DNA of 64,000 bases from Candidatus Omnitrophota bacterium (GCA_049642065.1 JBAROK010000026.1:1868-65867); one strand, 5' to 3'. Positions 51,054-61,507 are shown, numbered from the stretch's first letter. Made by a program: numbers and translations. Notes: a model not told the origin generated them from the letters alone.

Positions 51054-51770
51054 ATGGCAAAGAAGAAGAAAGCTAAAAGAGTCGTTCTGAAAATAAGCGG
51101 AGAAGCTTTAATGGGCGACCTCGGTTTCGGTATTGACCCGGATGTCAACGCTTCAATAGCTGCTCAGGTAAAAGAAATACGCATGGACGGGGTTGAGATA
51201 TCGCTTGTAATAGGCGGGGGCAATATCTTCCGCGGGCTCGCAGCTGCTAGTGACGGGATGGAAAGATCTAACGCCGACTATATGGGGATGCTTGCCACGA
51301 TGCTTAACGGCCTTGCTCTTCAGGACGCTCTTGAAAGAATAGGTGTCAAAACAAGAGTTATGACGGCGATCGAGATGAGAGAACTTGCTGAGCCATATAT
51401 ACGCCGCAGAGCTGTAAGACACCTTGAGAGAGGCCGTGTGGTTATATTTGTATGTGGAACGGGTAACCCTTATTTCACTACGGATACCGCGGCAGCTTTA
51501 AGGGGTACGGAGATCGGTGCGGATATGATACTCAAGGCCACTAAAGTGGACGGCGTCTATTCCAAAGACCCCGTCAAGTACAAGACCGCTAAAAAATTCG
51601 ATAAACTCACCTATATGGAAGTGCTTAAGAATAAGCTAAAAGTTATGGATGCTACGGCAGTAAGTCTTTGCATGGATAACGACATGCCGATAGTAGTCTT
51701 TAATATAAAGAAAAAAGGTAATATCAAGAAGGCTATCGACGGGAAGAAGATCGGGACGATAATTAGTTGA
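51054..51770 (+). CDS. pyrH: UMP kinase
   Basis: [10 protein letters not shown] and GGGNIFRG motifs; 238 aa. Confidence 0.95.
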   Translation: MAKKKKAKRVVLKISGEALMGDLGFGIDPDVNASIAAQVKEIRMDGVEISLVIGGGNIFRGLAAASDGMERSNADYMGMLATMLNGLALQDALERIGVKTRVMTAIEMRELAEPYIRRRAVRHLERGRVVIFVCGTGNPYFTTDTAAALRGTEIGADMILKATKVDGVYSKDPVKYKTAKKFDKLTYMEVLKNKLKVMDATAVSLCMDNDMPIVVFNIKKKGNIKKAIDGKKIGTIIS

Positions 51771-51781
51771 GAGGTGAACTT

Positions 51782-52348
51782 ATGTATGAGACCGAAGTCG
51801 ACAGGATCGTGAAGGAAACAAAGGGCAGGATGGATTCTGCAGTAGAAGCCGTACAGAAACAGTTCTCGACAATACGTACTGGTAGAGCCCATCCGCGTCT
51901 TGTAGAGGCAGTAAGGGTTGACTATTACGGAACGAAGACGCCGCTTAAGCAGCTTGCGAATATCACGGCACCTGAACCGAGGATGATAGTGATACAGCCG
52001 TGGGATAAAGGCTCAATGGAAATGATCGAAAAAGCCATAATGGTCTCTGATATCGGCATAACACCCGCGAACGACGGAAAAGTCATACGCTTGTCCATGC
52101 CGCAGCTTACTCATGAGAGAAGGGAAGAGCTCGCCAAGGTACTTCACAAGGTAGCTGAAGAAGGTAGGGTATCTGTAAGAAATTCGCGTCATCAGGCGAA
52201 CGACGAAGCTGCCAAGCTTGAAAAAAATAATCAGATGACTGAAGACGACAAGTTCGAGACCAAAGACAGAGTCCAGAAACTGACTGATGAATACATCAAG
52301 AAGATCGATGGCGCTCTGAAAGATAAAGAAACGGAAATAAAAGGTTAA
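51782..52348 (+). CDS. frr: ribosome recycling factor
   Basis: RRF family, 189 aa, directly after pyrH. ATG at 51782 follows the RBS gagaggtg; the ORF-track start at 51767 is an extension. Confidence 0.93.
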   Translation: MYETEVDRIVKETKGRMDSAVEAVQKQFSTIRTGRAHPRLVEAVRVDYYGTKTPLKQLANITAPEPRMIVIQPWDKGSMEMIEKAIMVSDIGITPANDGKVIRLSMPQLTHERREELAKVLHKVAEEGRVSVRNSRHQANDEAAKLEKNNQMTEDDKFETKDRVQKLTDEYIKKIDGALKDKETEIKG

Positions 52349-52354
52349 TTTTCC

Positions 52355-52430
52355 GGGCCGCTAGCTCATCCGGTAGAGCAACGCCCTTTTAAGGCGTGGG
52401 TGCTTGGTTCGAGTCCAAGGCGGCTCACCA
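52355..52430 (+). tRNA. tRNA-Lys (anticodon TTT)
   Basis: GGGCCGCTAGCTCATCCGGTAGAGCAACGCCCTTTTAAGGCGTGG...GGTTCGAGTCC...CACCA with anticodon loop CTTTTAA. Confidence 0.88.
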
Positions 52431-52438
52431 CTTTAGTT

Positions 52439-52470
52439 CCCCCTGGGGTACCCCAGGGGGATTTTTTATT
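52439..52470 (+). terminator. rho-independent terminator after tRNA-Lys (end of the rpsB-tsf-pyrH-frr-tRNA unit)
   Basis: Stem ccccctgggg / ccccaggggg with a 2-nt loop, followed by attttttatttc. Confidence 0.8.
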
Positions 52471-52600
52471 TCTTCCTTGAGGTCCGCGACCTCTACGATA
52501 CCACACGCACGCTGCGCTTTAGTGCGTAAGATTCGCTACAATCCTATTATTTTAAAAGCATTATTGAAAATAGATACAAACCCTGTATAATTAAGGGGTT

Positions 52601-53824
52601 ATGATGAGATCTGACGGCGCGAAAGTCTTCCCGGTCCTCTCTTGGTCACTCTATGACCTAGCGAATCAATTTTTTGCCTTAAATGTAGTGTCATTATATT
52701 TCCCTCGTTGGTTAACACTAGAGAAAAACACTCCCGAGATATTTTACAGCCTGACTTTCGGTCTTTCCATGCTGTTTGTAGCTATCTGCGCGCCTTTTCT
52801 GGGTACTATGTCTGACAGAAAAGGTAAACACAAGATATTTCTTATTATTCTTACCGTTATTTCCGTAATATTTACCGCGGCTCTTGGTATATCTAATAAT
52901 GTATTTATAGCGCTAGTATTTTTTGCGATAGCTAATTTCGGGTGCCAGGAAGCCATTATCTTTTATAACGCTTTGATGGTGGATATAGCGCCTCGCGGGA
53001 AAATAGGATTAGTTTCCGGGTTAGGGAGGATGTTCGGGTACACCGGTGCGATAGTAGCTCTAATGGTCACCAAACCGGTAGTAATGAAAGCGGGGTATCA
53101 GCCGGCTTTTTTGGTGACAGCTGCGCTATTTTTAGTGTTTGCATTACCGTGCATGATCTTTGTAAAAGAAAAGCGACGGGAAGAAAGACCCTCAGCAGGT
53201 ATTTTCAGCGGTGAAAATTTTTCTTCGGTTCTTGAAGACATGAAAAAGATCTGCAGGGTTAAGGGGTTTAAATATTTTTTACTGGCATCGTTTTCCGTGA
53301 TATGTGCGGTAAGCGCTACTATGCTTTTCATGGGAGTTTATGCGAGCAAGGTTTTCGCTCTTGCGGAAAACAAGATCATAGATCTTATCGCTTTTTCGAC
53401 GGTTTTCGCGATCATCGGTAGCATAGTGTCGGGATACATAAGCGATATCGTAGGGCACCGTAAATCGCTTATGGGTGTCTTCCTTCTTTGGGGAGTTTGC
53501 CTTATAGGCGCAGGGGTTCTTAAAGCGCCTTTTCATTGGGCGATTGGAGCTCTTATAGGATTATGCTTAGGAGCTACTTGGGTCATTCTGCGGGCTGTGG
53601 TCGTACGGCTTATCCCGCCGGAAAATATAGGAAAAGCTTTCGCTCTTTTTAACCTGGTTGGTTATTCTGCAGGAATCGTAGGGCCAATGTTCTGGGGTTT
53701 GAACATATTGTATCTCTCAAGATTAGGAGCGACAGGGTACAGGCTGGGTTTGCTTAGTCTGATAATATTTATTGTGATGGGTATTATTTTTCTCCAGCGG
53801 ATGAGGACAGAGGACCAAAAGTGA
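52601..53824 (+). CDS. MFS transporter (Atg22/UMF1-like)
   Basis: Twelve predicted TM helices and the SWSLYDLANQFF motif characteristic of Atg22-like MFS proteins. Confidence 0.7.
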   Translation: MMRSDGAKVFPVLSWSLYDLANQFFALNVVSLYFPRWLTLEKNTPEIFYSLTFGLSMLFVAICAPFLGTMSDRKGKHKIFLIILTVISVIFTAALGISNNVFIALVFFAIANFGCQEAIIFYNALMVDIAPRGKIGLVSGLGRMFGYTGAIVALMVTKPVVMKAGYQPAFLVTAALFLVFALPCMIFVKEKRREERPSAGIFSGENFSSVLEDMKKICRVKGFKYFLLASFSVICAVSATMLFMGVYASKVFALAENKIIDLIAFSTVFAIIGSIVSGYISDIVGHRKSLMGVFLLWGVCLIGAGVLKAPFHWAIGALIGLCLGATWVILRAVVVRLIPPENIGKAFALFNLVGYSAGIVGPMFWGLNILYLSRLGATGYRLGLLSLIIFIVMGIIFLQRMRTEDQK

Positions 53825-56529
53825 CAAAAAGTCTTAGCGAAAGATTCAAGCAGACGGTACAGGAATTTCCTGATGATATTGCTATAAGGTATAAAGGCAA
53901 AGGCGGCTGGACTGATATTTCATATAGCGAACTCGGAAGAAATGTTAGATCGCTTTCAGCTTTTTTGTCTAAAGAAGGTGTTGTAAAGGGAGATAGGGTA
54001 GCTATTCTGGCAGAGAACCGGCCGGAATGGCCGCTTGTGTTTTTTGCTGCGGTTTCTATCGGTGCGGTTTGTGTGCCGCTTAACCCCGTAACCGTACCCG
54101 CTGAAATAGAGAGTTTTGTAAAAGATTCTGGATGTAAAATAGTTTTTACGGACAAAAGCTCAAATTCTCTTACAAGCGAACTTCAATCAAAATGTTCGTC
54201 TGTAAAAAAAGTTATTTCCGTTGATTCGGACATCTTTAAAAAAACGCTTTTACATCCGACCGGAACTGAAAAAACGTGCGAAATCTCAGGCAACGCTTCG
54301 GCATGTATAATGTATACTTCCGGGACCACTGCAGTCCCCAAAGGCGTGGTACTATCGCACTGCAACCTTGTGTCAAACTGTGATTCCCAATACAAATGTG
54401 ACATGGGTACCCGTAAGGACAGCGCAATATCTATACTTCCGTTGCATCATACATATCCCTTGACCGCGACAATGATACTCCCGATCTTGAACGGAGCAAA
54501 AATAATTTATTCTAAAAGCATGCGGCCGGAAGATATATCAGAAGCTATGAGAGAGTCGGGCGGAACCATTTTTATGGCCGTTCCGCAGATATTTTCTTCG
54601 TTTCACCATAGAATAACGGAAGCGGTCAAAAAAATACCGTTCCCTTTTAATCTTCTATTCAATCTTGTTATTACTGGGTTAAGCAAGATAAGACAAAAAA
54701 CTGGGCTTAATCCTGCAAAGTATTTTCTCCATGCTATTCACAGTAAGTTCGGGAAGTCCATGCGTATTTTTGTAAGCGGCGGTGCGAAACTCGATGAGAA
54801 TGTTGCAAGGGATTTGTATAAATTTGGGTTTACCATTTTAGAAGGGTATGGGCTCACGGAGACTTCGCCTGTTTTGACGTTCAACCCTATCAAACGCCCT
54901 AAGATAGGGTCGGTGGGGCTGCCGATACCGGATGTAGAGCTCGAGATAAAGGATATAGATAAAGATGGTATAGGGGAGGTTATAGCACGCGGACCTAATA
55001 TTATGCAGGGTTATTACAAAAGAGAGGACCTAACGGAAGAGGCGATAAAAGATGGGTGGTTTCATACGGGTGATCTCGGGTATCTTGACGAAGATGGGTA
55101 CCTTTTCTTGACGGGCAGGCTCAAAGATGTGATCGTGCTTAGTTCCGGCGTTAATGTATATCCCGAAGAGGTCGAAGAAGCTTATATGCGTGATGCGCCG
55201 GTCAAGGAGATGTGCGTATTTGAAGTCCCGCTTACCGAAGGCAAAAAGGTAATGGAGCTCTGGGCTGTTGTAGTGCCTGATCTTGAATTTTTCAGAAAAT
55301 ACGGTGAAATAAACCTTAGGTCCGTCATTAAGGAAAGGTTTGATAACGTTTCAAGAGGCTTGCCCAGTCACATGAGGCTTATGGGTTTTACAATAACGCT
55401 GGAAGAGTTGCCGCGTACACTGCTCGGTAAAGTAAAAAGGTTTGCTGTTAAAGAAGAATATGCTTCAAAAGCAACCGAAGAGAAAGGTCCTCAAATACCG
55501 AAAGAGATCTCGGAAGAAGATATGGAAATGATGGAAAAGTCTTCAGGTAAGAGGATAATAGACTACCTTAAGAAACAAACGGGAGTAAAAAGGGATATCG
55601 TACCGGCAGACCTTCTGGAACTGGACCTTGGTATAGATTCTCTTGGCAGAGTAGAGCTTCTTTCAGGCCTTGAAAAGGTTTTTGGTATTGAGATAAAAGA
55701 CAAGATTGTTGGTGATGCTTTTACTGTCAGGGATCTGATCGCGGGTCTTGGGCCGCTTTTACCGGAAGGGACAGCTTACCGTGTGCACGATAAAGATGTG
55801 ATGTTCGAGCTAGCACAGTGGAAAGAGACTCTGGAGGAACTTCCGAAGAAAGAAAACCTTGATAGAATAGACTTCTCTCCCGGGTTCTGGACGTGGTTGG
55901 GGTGTTTTATATTCGTCTCTATCCATTATTTGGTTTACAGGGTATTCTATAACCTTAAAGTGGAAGGGAAAGAGAACGTACCGGAAAAAGGTCCGTATAT
56001 ACTTTACGCGAATCATACGAGCTATTTTGACGGGTTTCTAGTTGCTGTATCGTTGCCGCGGTTTCCTAAGTTGGATCTTTTTTTCGTGGGGTTCAGGCCG
56101 TATTTTACCGTGCCGATTATCCGTAACTTGGTTAGGATCGGCAGGATAATACCGCTGGATTTTTCGTCACATCTACTTGAAGCACTGAGGAGCTGTTATT
56201 ATGTTCTGAAAAATGGGAGGAACCTGTGCCTTTTTCCGGAAGGGATACGGACTCTCGATGGTAACGTGGGCAAGTTTAAAAAAGGGTTTGGGATACTTGC
56301 GAAAGAAACAGGAGCTAAACTTGTTCCTGTAGTCCTTGAAGGCACGTATGAAGCCTGGCCCAGGACATCTAAGTTCCCGCGTCGCCATCCTATAAAGGTA
56401 AGTTTCGGAAAAGCTATTACACCAGAAGAAGCGGAACGAGTTGGGTGGGATCTGAATGCTAAAGACGATTACGAAGCGGTTTGCCTTGGCGCAAGAGAGA
56501 CGCTGGTAAAACTCAAGGAGCAAAAATGA
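53821..56529 (+). CDS. tri-domain fusion: AMP-dependent acyl-CoA/ACP synthetase, an ACP-like carrier domain and a PlsC-type lysophospholipid acyltransferase (Aas-like)
   Basis: YTSGTTAVPKGV, GYGLTETS and GWFHTGDLGY are AMP-binding motifs. DLGIDSLGRVEL is a phosphopantetheine-attachment-like DSL. YANHTSYFDG (HX4D) and FPEGIRT are PlsC motifs. GTG start. Confidence 0.75.
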   Translation: MTKSLSERFKQTVQEFPDDIAIRYKGKGGWTDISYSELGRNVRSLSAFLSKEGVVKGDRVAILAENRPEWPLVFFAAVSIGAVCVPLNPVTVPAEIESFVKDSGCKIVFTDKSSNSLTSELQSKCSSVKKVISVDSDIFKKTLLHPTGTEKTCEISGNASACIMYTSGTTAVPKGVVLSHCNLVSNCDSQYKCDMGTRKDSAISILPLHHTYPLTATMILPILNGAKIIYSKSMRPEDISEAMRESGGTIFMAVPQIFSSFHHRITEAVKKIPFPFNLLFNLVITGLSKIRQKTGLNPAKYFLHAIHSKFGKSMRIFVSGGAKLDENVARDLYKFGFTILEGYGLTETSPVLTFNPIKRPKIGSVGLPIPDVELEIKDIDKDGIGEVIARGPNIMQGYYKREDLTEEAIKDGWFHTGDLGYLDEDGYLFLTGRLKDVIVLSSGVNVYPEEVEEAYMRDAPVKEMCVFEVPLTEGKKVMELWAVVVPDLEFFRKYGEINLRSVIKERFDNVSRGLPSHMRLMGFTITLEELPRTLLGKVKRFAVKEEYASKATEEKGPQIPKEISEEDMEMMEKSSGKRIIDYLKKQTGVKRDIVPADLLELDLGIDSLGRVELLSGLEKVFGIEIKDKIVGDAFTVRDLIAGLGPLLPEGTAYRVHDKDVMFELAQWKETLEELPKKENLDRIDFSPGFWTWLGCFIFVSIHYLVYRVFYNLKVEGKENVPEKGPYILYANHTSYFDGFLVAVSLPRFPKLDLFFVGFRPYFTVPIIRNLVRIGRIIPLDFSSHLLEALRSCYYVLKNGRNLCLFPEGIRTLDGNVGKFKKGFGILAKETGAKLVPVVLEGTYEAWPRTSKFPRRHPIKVSFGKAITPEEAERVGWDLNAKDDYEAVCLGARETLVKLKEQK

Positions 56530-57326
56530 ATTTTCTTATATATCTGGTTATTTTTATTGTTCTTCTCGTTGTCTCGGTAAGGTATATCGAAAAACGGAGC
56601 CTGTTTTTTCCGATGAAAGAAGTTACTTCCGATCCCGGATCGGTAGGCCTGCCGTACGAAGAGATTTATTTCGATACGATAGATAATAAACGCCTGAACG
56701 GGTGGTTTATCTCTAATCATGACGCAAGGTTTACGGTTATTTTTTCTCACGGGAACGCTGGTAATATTGCCCACAGGCTAAGCAAGTTGTGTGTTCTGTA
56801 TGACTTGGGGCTCAGTATATTTGTTTATGATTACCGGGGATTCGGGAAAAGCGAAGGAAGCCCTTCCGAAGCGGGGTTATATAAAGACGTGCGTGCTGCA
56901 TATAATTACTTAACTAAAGAACGTAACATTCCCAAAGAGAACATCATTCTTTATGGGGAATCTTTAGGCGGTGCAGTTACGATCGATCTTGCTCGGGAGA
57001 TAGCGCCGCGGGCGTTTATTACCGAAGAAGCTTTTACGTCTATCCGGGATATGGCAAAGATAGCATATCCGGGGATGCCTCATTTTGTGTTCTCATCCAG
57101 GTTTAATGGTGCTAGCAAGATAAAAGATATCGATTGCCCGAAACTTATCATCCACAGTATAGATGATGAGATAGTGTTCTACCGTTTAGGCGAAAAACTC
57201 TTTAATGAGGCGAAACCGCCGAAAGAGTTCCTTCAAATAAGAGGTACTCATACCACGGCTTTTATGGATTCAAATGAACGGTTTAAGCAGGGGTTAGGCT
57301 CTTTTTTAGACGGGCTGAAAAAATAA
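56526..57326 (+). CDS. alpha/beta-hydrolase (serine hydrolase, hydrolase_4/S33-like)
   Basis: N-terminal TM helix, nucleophile elbow GESLGG, and the catalytic His region near the C-terminus. ATGA overlap with the upstream gene. Confidence 0.75.
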   Translation: MNFLIYLVIFIVLLVVSVRYIEKRSLFFPMKEVTSDPGSVGLPYEEIYFDTIDNKRLNGWFISNHDARFTVIFSHGNAGNIAHRLSKLCVLYDLGLSIFVYDYRGFGKSEGSPSEAGLYKDVRAAYNYLTKERNIPKENIILYGESLGGAVTIDLAREIAPRAFITEEAFTSIRDMAKIAYPGMPHFVFSSRFNGASKIKDIDCPKLIIHSIDDEIVFYRLGEKLFNEAKPPKEFLQIRGTHTTAFMDSNERFKQGLGSFLDGLKK

Positions 57327-57390
57327 ATGCACAAATATCCCGCTCTTGAAAAGAGTTGGAAAAGCGTTATTTAAGCAATATAATTAAGGC

Positions 57391-57807
57391 ATGATGAGAT
57401 ACGAACAGGTGCCACATACAGCTGACTTAGCGGCTAAAATATATGGGAAAAATTTGCCGGAGCTTTTTGAGAACGCAGCTTTTGCCATGATGGATATGTC
57501 CGTGGACCTGGAAGGGGTAACATCTGATGAGACGATAACTCTTGAGCTTGAAGCGCCCGACAATGAAAGTTTGCTCATCTGTTGGTTGAACGAGGTATTA
57601 TATGCTTCCATTTCAGAGAAGATTCTTTTCTTTGAGTTTCATGTGCTTTCGGTAGAAGAGAACAAGATGGTAGCTGAGGTTAGAGGGCAGCGCATAGGTG
57701 AGGATTCAGGAAGGATCCACACAGAGATCAAGGCAGCTACATACCATGATGTTGAAATAAAACATACAGAAACCGGTTATGAGGTCACTGTAGTGTTTGA
57801 TGTGTAG
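57391..57807 (+). CDS. archease (RtcB activator)
   Basis: Archease family: N-terminal HTADLAAKIYG and C-terminal TEIKAATYHDVEI. Confidence 0.8.
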   Translation: MMRYEQVPHTADLAAKIYGKNLPELFENAAFAMMDMSVDLEGVTSDETITLELEAPDNESLLICWLNEVLYASISEKILFFEFHVLSVEENKMVAEVRGQRIGEDSGRIHTEIKAATYHDVEIKHTETGYEVTVVFDV

Positions 57808-57816
57808 GGAGTAGTT

Positions 57817-59274
57817 ATGACAAAAGCTTTTACGGGACAACTTGAAAAAATAGGTGATTACCAGTGGCGCATTCCTAAGAGCTATCTACCGGGGATGAAA
57901 GTACCGGGTATCATATATTCCGACGAGAAGATGCTGGTAAGCATCCTCAAAGATAATGCTCCCCAGCAGGTTGCGAACGCGGCGCATCTTCCCGGTATAG
58001 TAAAAGCTTCCATGGCGATGCCTGATATACATTGGGGTTACGGGCTTCCCATAGGGGGAGTGGTCGCTACTGACGTAGAGGCTGGCGGCGTGATAACGCC
58101 GGGTGGTGTTGGATACGACATAAACTGCGGAGTACGTCTTATAAAGACGGAACTTGAAGCTAGCGATGTGCGGTCACATGCTAAGGAACTGGTAGACGCT
58201 TTGTTTAGGATAGTACCGACCGGGGTTGGTTCGAAAGGTAAGATAAAGGTCGATATCACTGAAGAGAAGAACATGCTGCTGAATGGCGCGAAATGGGCCG
58301 TTCAAAAAGGTTATGGATGGCAGAGCGATATAGAAAACTGCGAAGAGAACGGGGCTATAGGCGATGCGGATCCTTCAGCCGTTTCTCAAAGAGCGTACCA
58401 GCGTGGACGCGACCAGTCCGGGACACTTGGGTCAGGTAATCATTTTTTAGAAGTGCAGGAAGTCGATGAAATTTACCATGAAGATATCGCAAAAGCGTTC
58501 GGTATAAGAAAAGGCCAGGTCACGTTGATGGTGCATACCGGAAGTAGAGGTGTAGGTCATCAGATATGTGGTGATTATGCGACAAAAATGGTCAAACTGC
58601 TTTTCAAATACAAAATAAACATCCCGGATAGGCAGCTTTCATGTGTACCGGTAAACAGCGAAGATGGCCAGGCGTATCTTGGGGCGATGAGGTGTGCCGC
58701 GAATTACGCGTGGGCTAACCGGCAGGTAATAACGCATTTGTGCCGGCAGGCTTTTGAACAGGTTTTAGGGGAAAAGGCCGAGTCTTTGGGGATGCATCTG
58801 GTTTATGACGTGGCGCATAACATAGCGAAACTGGAAGAGTACGAGATCAACGGTAAGAAACGTCTTCTTTGCGTGCACCGTAAAGGAGCTACACGAGCTT
58901 TTCCGCCCGGGCACAAGGATCTACCGGATAAGTATAGGGCGACAGGACAACCGGTGATAATACCAGGAGACATGGGCAGGTGCTCTTATCTACTGGCGGG
59001 GACTCTTGGGGCGGAAGAGACGTTCTATTCCACATGTCACGGGGCTGGCAGGCTTATGTCACGTACCGCGGCAAAGAAAGCTACAAGAGGCAGGCAGATA
59101 GTCCAGGAACTTGCCCAGAAGGGGATAGCTATAAGGTTTACGGGCCGGGATACCCTGCACGAGGAAGTTTCTGAGGCGTATAAGAACGTAACGGATGTAG
59201 TAGATATAGTACAAGGCGCCGGGATATCGGTAAAAATAGCTCGCATGAAGCCGCTTTGTGTTGTAAAGGGCTGA
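57817..59274 (+). CDS. rtcB: RNA-splicing ligase RtcB
   Basis: Metal-binding GYDINCGVR, GSGNHF and HTGSRG motifs; 485 aa. Confidence 0.92.
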   Translation: MTKAFTGQLEKIGDYQWRIPKSYLPGMKVPGIIYSDEKMLVSILKDNAPQQVANAAHLPGIVKASMAMPDIHWGYGLPIGGVVATDVEAGGVITPGGVGYDINCGVRLIKTELEASDVRSHAKELVDALFRIVPTGVGSKGKIKVDITEEKNMLLNGAKWAVQKGYGWQSDIENCEENGAIGDADPSAVSQRAYQRGRDQSGTLGSGNHFLEVQEVDEIYHEDIAKAFGIRKGQVTLMVHTGSRGVGHQICGDYATKMVKLLFKYKINIPDRQLSCVPVNSEDGQAYLGAMRCAANYAWANRQVITHLCRQAFEQVLGEKAESLGMHLVYDVAHNIAKLEEYEINGKKRLLCVHRKGATRAFPPGHKDLPDKYRATGQPVIIPGDMGRCSYLLAGTLGAEETFYSTCHGAGRLMSRTAAKKATRGRQIVQELAQKGIAIRFTGRDTLHEEVSEAYKNVTDVVDIVQGAGISVKIARMKPLCVVKG

Positions 59275-59369
59275 GGTTGCATAATAACAGTCTAGAATAT
59301 ATAATTAAATATAAATATATAGGGGCAACCCCCTGTGGTTGCCCTTTAAATTAAAGAGAGGACACATAT

Positions 59370-60659
59370 ATGCTAGATCCGAAATTTATAAGGGAAAACC
59401 CGGATGTTGTAAGAAAGTCTTTGGAAGACAGGGGCGATAAGGTAGAGCTCCTTGATAAGTTCCTCAAGCTGGACGATGAAAGAAGAAAAGTTATCCAGGA
59501 GGTAGAGGATCTTAAATGCAAAAAGAACGAGTCTTCAAAAAAAATAGGCGAACTTATCAAGCAGAAAGCTGATGTTACTGAAGCTAAAGCCGAGGTAAAA
59601 GAACTTTCAGAGAAAATATCCGCGCTTGATGAAAACCTCCGTCAAATAGACGAAGGTTACCAGGGCGCACTCGACAGGATACCTAACGTGCCACATGAAA
59701 GCGTCCCGGTAGGTTTGGATGAAAGTGCCAACACGCTTGTCAAAGAATGGGGCGAGAAGAAAGAGTTCTCTTTTGAGGCACGGGATCACCTGGAGCTGGG
59801 AGAACTTAATAGTCTTTTTGATCTTGAAAGAGCCGCCAAGATAACAGGGTCCTTTTTCCCGCTGTTTACAGGAGCAGGGGCAAAGCTGGAGAGGTCGCTG
59901 ATAAATTTCATGCTGGATGTGCACATCAAAGACCACGGGTACACGGAGATCTTCCCGCCAGTTCTGGTAAACCGTAAAAGCATGTACGGTACGGGACAGA
60001 TTCCCAAACTGGAAGAGGATATGTACAGGATAAATGAAGAAGATTTATTCCTGATACCCACCGCGGAAGTTCCGGTTACTAATTTTCGTGCAGACGAGAC
60101 TATAGACGAAGAGAGGCTCCCCATATATTACACCGCGTATACCGCGTGTTTCCGCAGAGAAGCCGGCACTTACGGTAAGGATACGAAAGGTCTTATCCGT
60201 GTGCACCAGTTCGATAAGGTAGAGATGGTGAAATTTACTACTCCTGAAACTTCAATGGAAGAACACGAAAAGCTCTTAAAAGACGCCGAAGATATCATTC
60301 AGCGGCTTGAGCTTCCGTATCGCGTGCTTATACTATGTACGGGAGACATGAGCTTTGCCGCTCACAAATGTTATGATATCGAGTTATGGGCTCCGGGCTC
60401 TAAACGGTGGCTGGAAGTATCCAGCTGTTCGGTATTCACCGATTTCCAGGCAAGAAGAGCCAACATCAAGTACAGACCTTCGGATAAATCTAAAAAACCT
60501 GGATATCTCCATACGTTGAACGCTTCCGGTGTGGCTCTTCCGAGGCTCGTGATATCCATCATGGAGACATACCAGAACAAAGACGGTTCTATCACTATCC
60601 CGGAAGCAATAAGACCGTATTTCGGCGCAGACATAATAGAACCGAGCTCACTGTCATGA
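59370..60659 (+). CDS. serS: serine--tRNA ligase
   Basis: MLDPKFIRENPD start, an N-terminal coiled-coil arm, and class II motifs FRRE and GSGVALPRLVISIME; 429 aa. Confidence 0.95.
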   Translation: MLDPKFIRENPDVVRKSLEDRGDKVELLDKFLKLDDERRKVIQEVEDLKCKKNESSKKIGELIKQKADVTEAKAEVKELSEKISALDENLRQIDEGYQGALDRIPNVPHESVPVGLDESANTLVKEWGEKKEFSFEARDHLELGELNSLFDLERAAKITGSFFPLFTGAGAKLERSLINFMLDVHIKDHGYTEIFPPVLVNRKSMYGTGQIPKLEEDMYRINEEDLFLIPTAEVPVTNFRADETIDEERLPIYYTAYTACFRREAGTYGKDTKGLIRVHQFDKVEMVKFTTPETSMEEHEKLLKDAEDIIQRLELPYRVLILCTGDMSFAAHKCYDIELWAPGSKRWLEVSSCSVFTDFQARRANIKYRPSDKSKKPGYLHTLNASGVALPRLVISIMETYQNKDGSITIPEAIRPYFGADIIEPSSLS

Positions 60660-61336
60660 AATTTCTTAAGACCATAATAGGCATATTTCTTATTCCGATA
60701 GTCATCGGTGTAGGTAAATCTTTTTATGTCAATATTTCTGGGATAAGCATTTTTAGCGGGACCCTTCATATACTGGAAAGAGGTGTTCTTGTCTATCTTG
60801 CGGTACATGTAATGGTGTTTCGGCCGGCGTATTTATACGTATTAGGGCATGAATTCGTCCATGTTCTTGCTACGTGGCTTTGTGGCGGCAGGGTGGTATC
60901 CTTTAACGTAAGGCCTTCAGGCGGCAATGTGGTGACATCCAAATCGAACATCTTCATTGAACTTAGCCCGTATTTCGTGCCGATTTATACAATAGTCCTT
61001 GGGCTGGTCTTTCTTGTCCTTAAAGCGATCGGGCAGGAAACCCCGTTCATGTCGGAAATATTCATTTTTCTTGTTGGCCTTACCCTGGCGTTTCATTTTG
61101 TTATGACATCAGAAGTTCTCAGGATGGAGCAGCCGGATATCATCAAGTCGGGACTCATTTTTTCGCTTGTTTTTATACTTTTATGCAACCTTATAATAAC
61201 CATGGCTGTAGTGTCCCCGGTATTTGACGGTATCTCGTTCGTGGATTTCATAAAAGAGGGTATTGATAACTCAAAGGATATTTACGTTCTGATATACGAA
61301 AAAGCACTTGGATTTGTAAATAAAATACAAATTTGA
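60656..61336 (+). CDS. polytopic membrane protein with an HExxH motif (putative intramembrane zinc metallopeptidase-like, DUF3267/M50-like)
   Basis: Six hydrophobic helices; LGHEFVHVLATWLCGG lies at a membrane boundary. Confidence 0.4.
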   Translation: MKFLKTIIGIFLIPIVIGVGKSFYVNISGISIFSGTLHILERGVLVYLAVHVMVFRPAYLYVLGHEFVHVLATWLCGGRVVSFNVRPSGGNVVTSKSNIFIELSPYFVPIYTIVLGLVFLVLKAIGQETPFMSEIFIFLVGLTLAFHFVMTSEVLRMEQPDIIKSGLIFSLVFILLCNLIITMAVVSPVFDGISFVDFIKEGIDNSKDIYVLIYEKALGFVNKIQI

Positions 61337-61370
61337 TAGAATAAGAATCCTCAAAAGAAGATTTTTGGGT

Positions 61371-61458
61371 GGAGGAGTGGCTGAGCGGTCGAAAGCGGCG
61401 GTCTTGAAAACCGTTGTCCTTCACGGGACCGTGGGTTCGAATCCTACCTCCTCCGCCA
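61371..61458 (+). tRNA. tRNA-Ser (anticodon TGA)
   Basis: GGAGGAGTGGCTGAGCGGTCGAAAGCGGCGGTCTTGAAAACCG...GGTTCGAATCC...CCA, with a long variable arm and anticodon loop CTTGAAA. Confidence 0.85.
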
Positions 61459-61464
61459 TATTTT

Positions 61465-61496
61465 AGCCCTTATCCTTACAGGATAAGGGCTTTTTA
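61465..61496 (+). terminator. rho-independent terminator after tRNA-Ser
   Basis: 10-bp stem agcccttatcc / ggataagggct with loop ttaca, followed by ttttt. Confidence 0.8.
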
Positions 61497-61507
61497 TTGG
61501 GCCTCTA

